This document shows, piece by piece, positions 1-11,800 of a stretch of DNA of 64,000 nt. Below the pieces are notes generated by a model that was not told the DNA's origin, made no database searches, and saw nothing but the letters and a program-made list of their open reading frames with translations. The position numbers were made by a program, and so were the translations under genes. Every line of letters begins with the position of its first letter. Positions within the stretch are counted from its first letter, which is position 1. The stretch is from Octopus vulgaris (Eukaryota). The DNA lies in assembly GCA_951406725.2 (NCBI GenBank), contig OX597820.1:86366001-86430000 (forward strand). Direction: 5' to 3'.

Positions 1-66
1 CAACGATTGCGGAAAGCACCTTGCAAACAAATGGCCTACACTGCATCTAGTGTTTATCATACATTT

Positions 67-68
<2 letters not shown>

Positions 69-129
<61 letters not shown>

Positions 130-160
130 TGTGTGTGTGTGTGCGTGTATGTGTGTGTGT
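69..160. repeat. (GT)n/(GCGT)n microsatellite
   Basis: Direct reading of the dinucleotide run; explains the VCVC ORFs. Confidence 0.95.
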
Positions 161-1861
161 ATTTGTATTGCATTTTCAAAGCATTTCATGCGAAGAAATG
201 TATTGAAACTCGTATTTTGGCTGGCTCACTTTGCCAATAGGAATCACACACACTAATTCTATTTCACATTTTTTACTATTATTCTCCATCTTTTTACCCA
301 ATTAACTAATCGTTCGATCAATCAAAGAATCGTCTGCTTTTCTCCATTCACAGATTCATCAAGGAGGTACCCACATTCCCATCTACACTTTTTACTTGCA
401 TATCATCAAATATTTAATTACGTGACATTTTAATTGTTACTAAATTTCTTTTTAAGTTTCCGCCTTTGGGAATTCCATATGGTATATTGCTATGACAGTA
501 CGTAAACATATGTTTTATCCCTATATATATTCACATAATATTCATCTTTCACTTCTCCATGATTCTATTCACATAATTCTCTGTATAATTTTTTCTCTCG
601 CACAAGGACTTGTTTCATTAGTACACCGCTTATGCGTTTCATTTCAATCATTATATTCTCAACCAAATCAAACCTCTTTTTTCCTAATTTAATAATACTT
701 CTGTTCTACAATTTCACATGATATTTCTCTGTTATCAACAACTTAAGTCTCTGCTTGCAAGTTTTATTTTCTTCGTTTCACAATTTATACAAATAACTTA
801 CGGTAATTACACGGCTTCCTTGAGATTTTATCGGTAATAACCATAAAATATTATTAACCAAACCAGAAGATGTTATCTATTCTACAATATAGTTAGTGTA
901 TATTTTAACGATCTTACTAAATTGATCTTAAGTTACTTAGTTCCTGTAAATGAAATAATTTCAAAAGTCACCGTCAGATAATCTCATTTGATATTCGCCG
1001 TTTTTTTATTATCTAATTTCAAAAACCTTGTATTAGCGTCGTTCAGTCGCTTAAATAGATAAATCCTACCACATTTATCTCTAACAATTTTTAGTTGATA
1101 CATATATTTCAGAATAAAGGGAGAATTTTATTTATTCTTTTCCAAATACTTATCTCTTCTAGACTAATTATTTCTACTTTAACCTCTTTAAGTTTCTTCA
1201 CATCATAGGCAATAGAAAGAACGTACATCTTACAAGCGATACTGTTTTTCTTTTCTGTTTTTCTTTTTCTTTTACATTTATACATTCTACTGTTAATGTG
1301 TTAATGTAATTTAAATTAGATATCTTTTCTTATAACACAGAACGTTCATATTACCCATATTATTTTAAAACAAATACTTTTAACTTTAGAATACTTTGAA
1401 ATTTTTAATTTCATTTTCCTGTTCGACCAAATAAAATTATTTCACTGATACAATAAAAAACATCTTAACAGGCACTGTGAAAAAGTTAATGACTTTCCGA
1501 CTGGCAAAGGACACGCTTAGAGGTCTGTACAAAACACCCACCACGTAAAATTTTCAAATTTAACTATAAATAATTTCTTCAGTGATTCTGTATACAACAT
1601 TCATTCTTTTTGTACGTAGCCGAAAAATACTCCACGACGAAAGAGCATCGAAATCGCTTTAATGGTACAGAAAGGTTCACGAATTTTCTCACGAGGGTTC
1701 GAAATATCTGAGTTCATTCATTCGGCTAAAAAGATACGTTACTATTTTTTCAACCTCCTATTTCCATTATACGATTTCACAGATGATGATAAAACACAAC
1801 ACTGGTGTACAGATACAGATATAAATTTTTAAATGTGTGTATTCTAATATTGTTCGCTCTA

Positions 1862-2073
1862 AAGGCGGTGAGCTGCTAGAATCGTTGCTACGCCGGACGA
1901 AATATTTAGCGGTACCTCGCTCGTCATTACAATCTGAGTTCAAATTCTGCCGAGGTTGACTTTGCATTTCATTCTTTCAGGGTCGATAATAAGTATTAGT
2001 GAAACACTAAGGTCGATGTAATCAACTCATCCCCTAACCCGAAATTGCTGCCCTTGTGGTAAAATTTGAAACA
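1862..2073 (+). mobile_element. tRNA-derived SINE, family A (head GGCGGCGAGCTGGCAGAATCGTTAGC...), tail type 1, followed by (ATT)n
   Basis: A-box-like TGCTAGAATCG and B-box GAGTTCAAATTC, central GACTTTGCATTTCATTCTTTCAGGGTCGATAA motif; about 12 related copies in the window. Confidence 0.85.
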
Positions 2074-2121
<48 letters not shown>

Positions 2122-2899
2122 GAGTGAGAGAGTAGTGCATGCCATCAAAGTGACACTGGGGTAAAATATACGAAGCCCAGTATACCCATCATGACTACCC
2201 GTCTGATAAAGGTACACTAAGCAAATGCATCACAACCGTGTGTGCGCGACATGGTTGTTAAACAGCACATGACCTTGCAGGTGGGGCCTAGTTAGAATTT
2301 TCTTCTGGTCGAGTAGTCCATCACGCTCAAAAGGTCCCTTAATAAGGGTTCTTTGAGGATGTTGAACGAAACATCCATGTTTCCAAAGGTGAATTATTCA
2401 AACACCAAACAATTCCTCTTAACACATGGTTATTATGCTCCCCCCACTACTGCTCGTGATCAGAGAGGCACATATCATCAGTCACTAAGAGACTTGCTCA
2501 ACTGGTTATGGTCAAACAACTGGCAGGCAAATCTATGGTATTGAGCAGAATATTTGCTGTAACCCATCTTTTATATCAAGACAAAACAATGTACATGATA
2601 ACACTTCGAATCATTTAAGATCAGAAGCCACGAGAGCCACTGCCTGGTACTGTACCAGGACATTTGATGCTATCCCACTCCTTCTGCTCGTGATAAGAGA
2701 TACACATATCTTCAACCACTAAGGGACATGGTCAACTGGTTAAGGTCAAACAACTGACAAGCAAATCTGTGGTATTGAGCAAAATATTTGCTGTAGCCCA
2801 TCTTTTATACCAAGACAAATAAATGTACATGATAACACTTCGACTCAGTTAAGATCAGAAGCCACGAGAGCCACGGCCTGGTACTGCATCGGGGCATTT
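2122..2899. mobile_element. Dispersed non-coding element 'E' (~555 bp unit) with internal ~235 bp tandem duplication, embedded in (ATT)n
   Basis: Colinear with 15997-16550; segment ~2434-2665 is repeated at ~2666-2899; (ATT)n on both sides. Confidence 0.85.
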
Positions 2900-2912
2900 T
2901 ATTATTTTATTA

Positions 2913-2970
<58 letters not shown>

Positions 2971-2981
2971 CATCATCATCA

Positions 2982-3030
<49 letters not shown>

Positions 3031-3365
3031 GCTGGATGAAATGCTTAGCGGTATTTCGCCCGTCGCTACGTTCTGAGTTCATATTCCTACGAAGTCGATT
3101 TTACCTTTCCCCCTTTCAAGGTCGATAAATTAAGTACTAGTTGAGTACTAGGGTTGATGTAATCGACTATCTTCCTTCCCCAAATTTGAGGCCTTGTGCC
3201 TCCAATAGAAAGCCATTCTGCAGGCTCGCCGCCAGAATGGCTTGCACGCATTCTGAGTTGAAATTCTGCCGAAGTTAGTTTAGCTTTTCCTACTATCAGG
3301 TTCGATAAAATAAACACCAGTTGAACCCTGGGATCGTTGTAATCCACTTATCACCCAAAATTTGA
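3031..3365 (+). mobile_element. Two adjacent partial family A SINE copies
   Basis: GAAATGCTTAGCGGTATTTCG...TTCTGAGTTC...GGTCGATAAATTAAGTAC at 3038-3140, and a second TTCTGAGTTGAAATTCTGCCG...TTCGATAAAATAAACACCAG at 3251-3320. Confidence 0.75.
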
Positions 3366-3864
3366 AATCCATTGCGAGCTCTATGTAAATCCCCACCCCC
3401 ACTAGTTTTTCTGTGTTTTTTTTTGGCATTTCCCTCTTTGTTGTCTTCTCAACATCTTATTCCCACGGGGACCAAGAAAAGAAATCATTATTTTTTATAT
3501 TATCTGCTAATTTACTGAGTTTATAGAGTGTCGGGTAAAATACCTTACGGTAATTATTTCTTTCTCGTTTGCAATTCAAAGAATCACCGGTGTCATCTTT
3601 GATTTCAATCCCACCGGGATGTATAAAGTAAAGTACACGTCAAGTTCAGCTGCCCCTCCCCTCAAAAATTACCGACTTTGTACCTAAATTAGCAATATTT
3701 ATTTTTCCTGATTACAATATAATCAATGTTTCACAACATTCTTGCTTTTTTTTTCTCATCGTCTTCCTGTTTTTTTCGTATTTTTATTCGTTTCATCTAT
3801 TTTACTACGTTTCTAGATTCCTTCTCTTCCTTTTCCTTAACTTCTTTTTCTCCTAATTTTCCAC

Positions 3865-3922
3865 TTTCTTCTTCTTCTTCCTCCTCCTCCTCCTCTTCTT
3901 CGTCTTCTTCTTCTTCTTCTTG

Positions 3923-3958
<36 letters not shown>

Positions 3959-3994
3959 CATTATTATTATTATTATTATCATTATTATTATTGC

Positions 3995-4030
<36 letters not shown>

Positions 4031-4140
4031 CATTATTGCTATTATTATTATTATTGTCCTTCTTTTTTTCTTTTTGTTTTATTGTTCTTCTTCTTTTCCT
4101 TCTCCTTCTCCTCCTCCTCCCCTCCTTCTCCTCTTTCTTT
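3865..4140. repeat. Compound (CTT)n/(CCT)n/(ATT)n trinucleotide tract
   Basis: Direct reading; source of the poly-S/I/Y/L ORFs. Confidence 0.95.
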
Positions 4141-4246
4141 TCCCTCTTCTTCTCATTTTTCTCCTCTCTATCTTCTTTTCCACCATTTCTGTTTTTTTTC
4201 TTTTTTTTACGCCATCTTTTCCTTGTTATTCACAACGTTGTTGTAG

Positions 4247-4407
4247 TCCTTGTGGTATTTAATGATAGAGAAATATCCTGTGAAATGTCGCAGGTGCGAA
4301 TATTCACTTCGTGAAATACCTGAATCACTAATTAGATGATGAGGTTGAGAAAAAGTATTCGTTCGAGAGGTTTCTGCATGTATATGTTGTTTGTTTTTTA
4401 GAGTGTG
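4247..4407 (+). repeat. Segment A, left end of a local segmental duplication (second copy 8695-8843)
   Basis: TCCTTGTGG(T/C)ATTTAATGATAGAGAAATATCCTGTGAAATGTCGCAGGTGCG... at both sites; they differ by substitutions and a 13-nt indel. Confidence 0.92.
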
Positions 4408-4852
4408 TGTAAGCGTATGTGTGTGTGTGTATTTGTGTGTGTATGCACGCGCGCGACTGTATGTGTGCTTATGTTTTATATGCGTATGTTCCTGTGTGTA
4501 AATGCTCTGTATCTGTCTGAAGATATGTGTATGTCTTTCATTTATTTGTTCTATGCGTGCCTGTGCCTGCCTGTGTGTATATTGCGCGATAGCATGTGTG
4601 TAGAATAAATTTTATTTCTGTTGTCTTTATGACTATGGATGCTATCTCTGTGCTTATATAACTGAATGTGCTTTTTGTTGGAAATTTTTCATTTTCACAA
4701 ACTCTTTCATTGAGAAGCTATTAGAAGTCCTATGGCATCACAAAATTTCTATTCATGGCTAATGCAAGGAAGGATCAGGTTTGTTGAAACCATTATATAT
4801 GTGACAAATACTGCGTGAATACTTCATGAGGTATTGCTTTCGAATAAGTATT

Positions 4853-5283
4853 AAATTTTGGCACAAGGCCAGCAATTTCGGGGAAAGGTTAAGTCGATTA
4901 CATCCAACACTGAACTCAGCAGATATTTATTTCATCGTCTCCGAAAGGCTGAAAGGCAAAATCGACCACGGTGGAATTTGAACTCAAAACATAAAGACGC
5001 ACGAAATGTCGCTAAGAATTTCGTCTGGCACGCTAGCTATCGTTCCAGCTCGACGCCTTAAGTTGTTAGTTGCAAATTTTGGCACAAGGCCTGTAAGATC
5101 AGGGGTTGGTATTGCGTAAATCTATTAAATCGACTCCAGTACTCAACTGGCATATAATTTATCGACTCCGAAAGAATGAAAGGCAAAGTCGATCTCGGAA
5201 TCGAACTCAGAACATGAAGACGGGTGAAACGCCGCTAAGCGTTTTGCTCGACATGTTAACGATTCTGCCAGCTCGCTGCCTTA
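4853..5283 (-). mobile_element. Two tandem family A SINE copies (minus strand)
   Basis: Both begin on + with AAATTTTGGCACAAGGCC (reverse of tail type 1) and end with CCAGCTCG(A/C)..GCCTTA (reverse of head). Confidence 0.8.
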
Positions 5284-6243
5284 AGATGTTAGTAAAAGTA
5301 TTGAAGTATTGTCAGTCGTTGAGCTTGATTTCCAACTGTAATCTTTCCATTAATTTATTTTACTGCTCTCCTTGTGAAGGTTGCGCAGCCACATGCTCTA
5401 CATTTTGTATATTATGATCATAAACGTATATAAGACATCGATGTAATTCGTAGCTTAAAATATTCGTGTAATGGCTGAAAGCACCATTTTATGAAGAGTT
5501 TTACGTTGGCATATAGTAATGTATCCGAAACAGTATAATTTTTAGTTTTATTGGAATCGATATGCACATGCAGCAGTAAAATCGCCACTAGATCTCTGAT
5601 CCATCTACGAAGTAAAATATTGTAAGTAATAAATCTAGCAACAACAATATTACAGTTACTTGCTGAAGAAAAGTATGAATGTACAAATTTTAAATAACAC
5701 TATCAGGATTATAAACTGTTTCGTACTTTAATAAACCTGATCTGGCACTGACCGATTGCTTTTGTTCTTTTAATATATATATATTTGAACATGAATCGTC
5801 ATTCTCTTCATGAAAATGCGTGTACCTATATTAAATTTTATATCAGTAAGGATTAGGGAATTTCGTGATTAGGGAAGATGTTCAATTGTTGATAGAAATA
5901 CGTGGCAAAAGTCTTTATGGACACCATTTTGATGCACTACCTTGTCTATTGCATAGAACTGCATTCCGTTGCCGTTGTACTGTTACCACTACTAATGGCA
6001 CAACTTTCATGTTCTTCTCGTGCGTAGCTTCATGACGGTATAAATTACAGATAGGGCTACTGCAGGGTAACGTGACATGCTAATGATTACAAGGGGTTGG
6101 TTCACATTACATTCTTCTGTCTTAAAAATATACGAGCACATTGGATGCTGTGGATATAAAGTCTTTCTCGGAGAACGCCGGCCCAGACCGAGTAAAATCT
6201 GTGAGAGAAGAATTTCTGAAGCAAAACTAATCAAACCATCGTT

Positions 6244-6341
6244 TGTATGTATGTATGTATGTATGTATGTATGTATGTATGTATGTATGTATGTATGTAT
6301 GTATGTATATAGGTATGTATATATATATGTATGTATGCATG

Positions 6342-6375
<34 letters not shown>

Positions 6376-6384
6376 AATAGGGAG

Positions 6385-6450
<66 letters not shown>

Positions 6451-6520
6451 GTAGATAGATAGACAGACAGATATATATATATATATACATACATATATAT
6501 ACACATACAAGCATATATAT
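6244..6520. repeat. Compound (TGTA)n/(GA)n/(GATA)n/(TA)n microsatellite
   Basis: Direct reading. Confidence 0.95.
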
Positions 6521-6559
6521 ATGTTGACGACCATGACTTTGAGTTTCAGTCTCAACTCA

Positions 6560-7265
6560 TAGTTCGCCACTTCATCCCCGCACCATTATCCACACTGCCT
6601 TTCTGCCAGGCCCGATCTGTAGACCGTGCCTCTGCTCTTTCTCCTCGCATCTGCCCCACACTTGCCCGTCTCCCGTTTCCCTCACTTACCACCCCTCTAT
6701 CCTACCCCTCAAACGCATCATTCTCAGAGACTTCCGGCGACTAGTGTGTGACCCCTCCACCTCGTACATCTCCCTTAACCTACCCCTTCCCTCCTTCAAA
6801 CGAGCCCATAACCTGCGTGACTTCCGGATCCACAGTTCATTCCCTACCCCCGCCACCCAGTCTAGCTCCTTTCCATGCTCTCGCCCACGCTGACGCAACT
6901 GCCCCTGCTTCAACACTACCATCCTCAATGTCACCTATCACCGTCCCTATCACGTCACCGATCCCTTTACCTGCACCTCCAGTAATGTTATTTACTGCAT
7001 CCCCTGCTCTCTCTGTTCTTCCCTCTATATTGGTCAAACGGGACACCACTTGGCTGACATCTTCGCCGAACATCTCCGAGACATCAGACTCGACAATGAC
7101 ACCCTGGACCTGCCCCACTTCCGCTGTATGCGAATATCTCTCTGTATTCGGACTGTCTCTCCACAGGGGCCACAGAGACACCCGCATTCGCCATGAATAG
7201 GAATTAATCTTCTCTTTTCGTTTCTTTGCGCCATATGGGTTCAACCCACAACTCTCTTCATCGGG
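6560..7265 (+). mobile_element. Penelope-like retroelement fragment: linker plus GIY-YIG endonuclease, degenerate
   Basis: Manual + strand translation gives TYHPSILPLKRIILRDFRRL...SFKRAHNLRD...FPCSRPR*RNCPC...DPFTCTSSNVIYCIPCSLCSSLYIGQTGHHLADIFAEHLRDIR...RHE*ELIFSFRFFAPYGFN. VIY/YIG motif, CxxC pairs and the terminal PxGxN are typical of Neptune-type PLEs; stops and frameshifts present. Confidence 0.9.
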
Positions 7266-7822
7266 CACCAACCCCACACGGATTCACACACACCTTCCAC
7301 ATTCAACTTCCCCTCCCCTCCATTTACACACCTACATACCACACACCTCAGTAACGTCACCACACACACATCACCATACATGCACCAATACACACTGTTC
7401 AACTCATTAATCATTTCACACACCATTACACACACACACAAACACTTTCTCGTTCCACATGCACTAGTACCACACACTTGTCAGCAAGCACACAACACAC
7501 CATTATCCACACATCCACATTATCCACGCATCCACATTATCCACACATACCTTTCTACGAGCAGCCACTCACAGTGTTTAACTCACCACACAGACTACAC
7601 ACCAGCATGCACAATCCCAAACTCAAAGAAACACAGAATACCTGAACACAGACAATGTATATTCACACAAGTAACACGCATAAACTCACGCAACACGTAT
7701 AGATATAGATAACTTTCGCCCACAAATATACACTATACACATGCATACTATTTGGTCACAGACACACACACACAAACACACACGTACACACACCACATGA
7801 TCAAGCACATATAAACACGCAC

Positions 7823-7982
7823 ATATACGCATGTCCATACGCACGCACATACACACATATACACTCTCACACACCATACTCACATACACACATATACACT
7901 CTCACACACCATACTCACATACACACACACGCTTGCGAACCTTAGTTTGTGGGGTTCATCGTTATCCTTATTATTATTATTA
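7823..7982 (+). repeat. Segment B of the local duplication (second copy 15870-15996)
   Basis: ATATACG(C/T)ATGTCCATACGCACGCAC...CTTAGTTTGTGGGGTTCATCGTTATCCTTATTATT at both sites; this copy has an extra 35-bp internal repeat. Confidence 0.92.
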
Positions 7983-7984
7983 TA

Positions 7985-8034
<50 letters not shown>

Positions 8035-8426
8035 TACTATTATTATTATTATCTCCCTTCCATTCAGTCTTTTTTTTCTCCCGTTTGGCCGTTGAACTCT
8101 GCACATTTTTCTCTCTCCATTTTTTTCCATTCTCACTCCGTTTTTTCTCTCTTAATCCATTCTATTGACAAGCGTAGGCTCATAACGTAATAGACTTTTA
8201 CATTTTTCTAGAGCATTAAACTAAAACACACTTGCTTGGTGTTCTTACACGTGTGTTCGTCTTTTGATTTTTGTAAATGTGAACTATATATATGTATATA
8301 TATATACACACACATTCACACATACATGGTTACATATATATGTGTATATATATATGTATATATATACATACATACATACATACATACATACATACATACA
8401 TACAGGCTTACATATCAACATATATA

Positions 8427-8696
8427 TAATGGGTTACCTCATAGACAATGCAGTGTTTCTATACATCTATTATTTTTTCAAGACTAAGATAACACAACGT
8501 TTCTTTTAATCAAAAATTAACTCTCCTCCATTTTCGACAATGTCCTTCCTCCATCTGGTAGACTTGCAAAGTCTTTCTTTGAAAATTCACGTGTCCGTGA
8601 AAAAAAATACTCCTCCAGTGCTGTTATGACCTCGTTTACAGAATTCATAGTTTTTATGTCCAAATAATTTTGAAACCTGCCAAAAAAAGGAAAATC
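8427..8696 (-). mobile_element. 3' end and terminal inverted repeat of a mariner (DD34D) element
   Basis: ATGGGTTACCTCATAGACAATGCAGTGTTTC is a diverged inverse of GAAAAACCGCATAATTTATGGGATAACCCAA at 17556-17586; 8606-8696 matches transposase sequence at 16551-16641; flanked by TA runs. Confidence 0.8.
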
Positions 8697-8839
8697 CTTG
8701 TGGCATTTAATGATAGAGAAATATCCTGTGAAATGTCGCAGGTGCGAATATTCACTTCATGAAATACCTGATGATGAAGTTGAGAAAAAGTATTCGTTCG
8801 AGAGTTTTAAGCACGTATATGTTGTTTGTATTTTAGAGT

Positions 8840-11800
8840 GTGTGATTTTGGCACTGCTAGCCTTCCAACTTTGTGATTTTGGCACCGCTGGCTTTCCATA
8901 CTTTGTGATTTTGGCACCGCTGGCTTTCCATACTTTGTGATTTTGGCACCGCTGGCCTTCCATAATTTCTGATTTTGGCACTGCTGGCCTTCCAAACATT
9001 GTGATTTAGAAAATTTTAGCAAAAAATTTATCGAAAATTTTCACCAAAAATTTTCCGAAAATTTTACCCAAAAATAGATTTATGTCATTGCTAAAAATAG
9101 ATTTTTTTATGGCTGCTTTCTGTTAAGATGCCTCACCATCCACGATACACCAGATTCTGCTTTACACTTAACAACTAAGACGATGTGGACGTTTATAGAC
9201 TTCAGCATATGGAGCATATTCGTAATATGGTTTTTCGAAAATTTTCCCCAAAGATTTTCTCCAAAAATATTTCGAAAATTTTCACGGAAAACTTTCCCCG
9301 AAAATTTTTCGAAAATTTTCACCGAAAAGTTTCCCCAAATTTTTTCCAGAATTTTCACCGAAAATTTTACCGAAAACTTTCTCGAAAATTTTCACCAGAA
9401 ATTTTCTCCAACATTTTTCCAAAATTTTCACCGAAAATTTTACCTAAAAATTTTCGAAAATTTTCCAGAAAAATTTTTCGAAAATTTTCCCCAAAACTTT
9501 TTCGAAAATTTTTGCCGAAAATTTTCCCCAAAAATTTTTCGAAAATTTTCTCCAAAAATTTTACCCGAAAATATTCCGAAAATTTACACCGAAAATTTTA
9601 CCCAAAAATTTTTCGAAAATTTTACCCAAAAATTTTACGAAAATTTTCCCCAAACATTTTTTTTTAATTTTTGCAGAAAATTTTCCTCAAAAATTTGTCG
9701 AAAATTTTCACTAAAAATTTTCCCCAAAAATTTTTCGAAAATTTTTGCCGAAAATTTTCCCCAAAGATTTTTCGAAAATTTTACCCAAAAATCTTACGAA
9801 AATTTTCTCCGAATAATTCATCGAAAACTTTCACCAAAAATTACCCGAAAATTTTCATTGAAAATTTTATCCAAAAATGGCTTTCGTACTTTGCGATTTT
9901 GGCACCGCTAGCCATCCATACTATGTGATTTTGGCAACGCTAACTTTCGATACTTTGTGATTTTGGCACCGCTGGCCTTCCATACATTTTCCCCAAAGAT
10001 TTTTCGAGAATTTTCACCGAAAATTTTACCCAAAAATTTTACGAAAATTTTCCCTTAACAATTTTTGAAAATTTTTACCGAAAACTTTCCCCAAAAATTT
10101 TTCAAAAATTTTCACCGACATTTTTCCAAAAAATTTTTCGAAAATTTTTGCCGAAGATTTTCCCCAAAGATTTTTCGAAATTTTACCCAAAAATTTACGA
10201 AAATTTTCCCCAAAAATTTTTCACAAAGTTTCAGATAATTTTACCAAAAAAATTTTTAGAAAATTTTCACCAAAAATTTTTTTCCCCAAAAACTGTTCGA
10301 AAATTTTCCCAAAATTTTCCCCAAAGATATTCAGAAAATTTTCACCGAAAATTTTACCCAAAAATATTACGAAAATTTTCCCCAAATATTTTTCAAAAAT
10401 TTTTCGGAAATTTTCTCCGAATATTTTACCCAATAATTTGTGAAAAATTTTCACCAAAAATTTCCCGTAAATTTTCATTTAAAATTTTACACTAAAATGG
10501 CTGCCTTTGGCACCGCTAGCCTTCCATACTATGTCATTTTGGCATCGCTGGCTTTCCATACTTTGTGATTTTGACACCGCTGGCCTTCCATACTTTGTAA
10601 TTTTGGCACCGCTGGCCTTCCATACATTGTAATTTTGAAACTGCTGGCCTTCCATACTTTGTGATTTTGGCACTGCTGGCCTTCCATACTTTGTGATTTT
10701 GGCACCGCTGGCTTTCCTTACTTTCTGATTTTGGCACCGCTGGCCTTCCATACTTTGTGATTTTGTCATTTTCACCGAAAATTTTTCCTAAAATTTTTCG
10801 AAAATTTTCACCGAAAAATTTCCCCAAAAATTTTTCGAAAATGTTCGCCGTAAAAATGATATCGACGTTTATAGACTTCAAGCATATGGAGTATATTCGT
10901 TAGATGGTTTTTCGAAAATTTTCACCAAAAATTTTCGAAAATTTTAACCAAAAAATTTTACGAAAATTTTCCACAAAAATTTTCATCAAAAACTGTTCGA
11001 AAACTTTTCCAAAATTTTCCCCAAAAATTTTTCGGAAATTTTCTCCGAATACTTTACCCAATAATTTGTCGAAAAATTTCTCAAAAGATTTCCTGTAAAT
11101 TTTCATTTAAAATTTTACCCAAAAATGGCTTTCCGTACTTTACGATTTTGGCACCGCTAGCCTTCCATACTATGTGATTTTGGCATCGCTGGCTTTCCAT
11201 ACTTTGTGATTTTGGCACCACTGGCGTTCCATACATTGTAATTTTTGCACCGCTTGCCTTCCATACTTTGTGATTTTGGCACTGCTGGTTTTCCTTACTT
11301 TGTGATTTTGGCACTGCTTGCCTTCCATACTTTGTGATTCTGGCACCGCTGGTTTTCCTTACTTTGTGATTTTAGCACCGCTGGCCATCCATACTTTGTG
11401 ATTTTGGCATTTTCCCCGAAAATTTTCTCAAAAGATTTCCTGTAAATTTTCATTCAAAATTTCACCCAAAAATGGCTTTCCGTACTTTACAATTTTGGCA
11501 CCACTAGCCTGCCATACTATGTGATTTTGGCATCGCTGGCTTTCCATACTTTAAGATTTTGGCACCGCTGTCCATCCAGACTTTAAGATTTTGGCACTGC
11601 TGGCCTTCCATACTTTGTGATTTTGGCATTTTCAACGAAAATTTTCACCAAAAATTTTTCGAAAATATTCACCGAAAAAACAATGTCGACGTTTATAGAC
11701 TTCAAGCATATGGAGTATATTCGTTAGATGGTCTTTCGAAAATTTTAACTAAAATATTTTTGAAAATTTTTGCCGAAAATTTTCCCCAAAATTTTTCGAA

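Noticed and set aside
300-1560. Possible ancient Penelope N-terminal ORF on minus strand (…QRRKLKKKF)
   Set aside because: Many stops and no diagnostic motif; cannot be supported without a profile search.
6748-7277. Track ORFs of 150 aa (+) and 146 aa (-) as genes
   Set aside because: They are mostly off-frame or antisense readings of the Penelope GIY-YIG relic.
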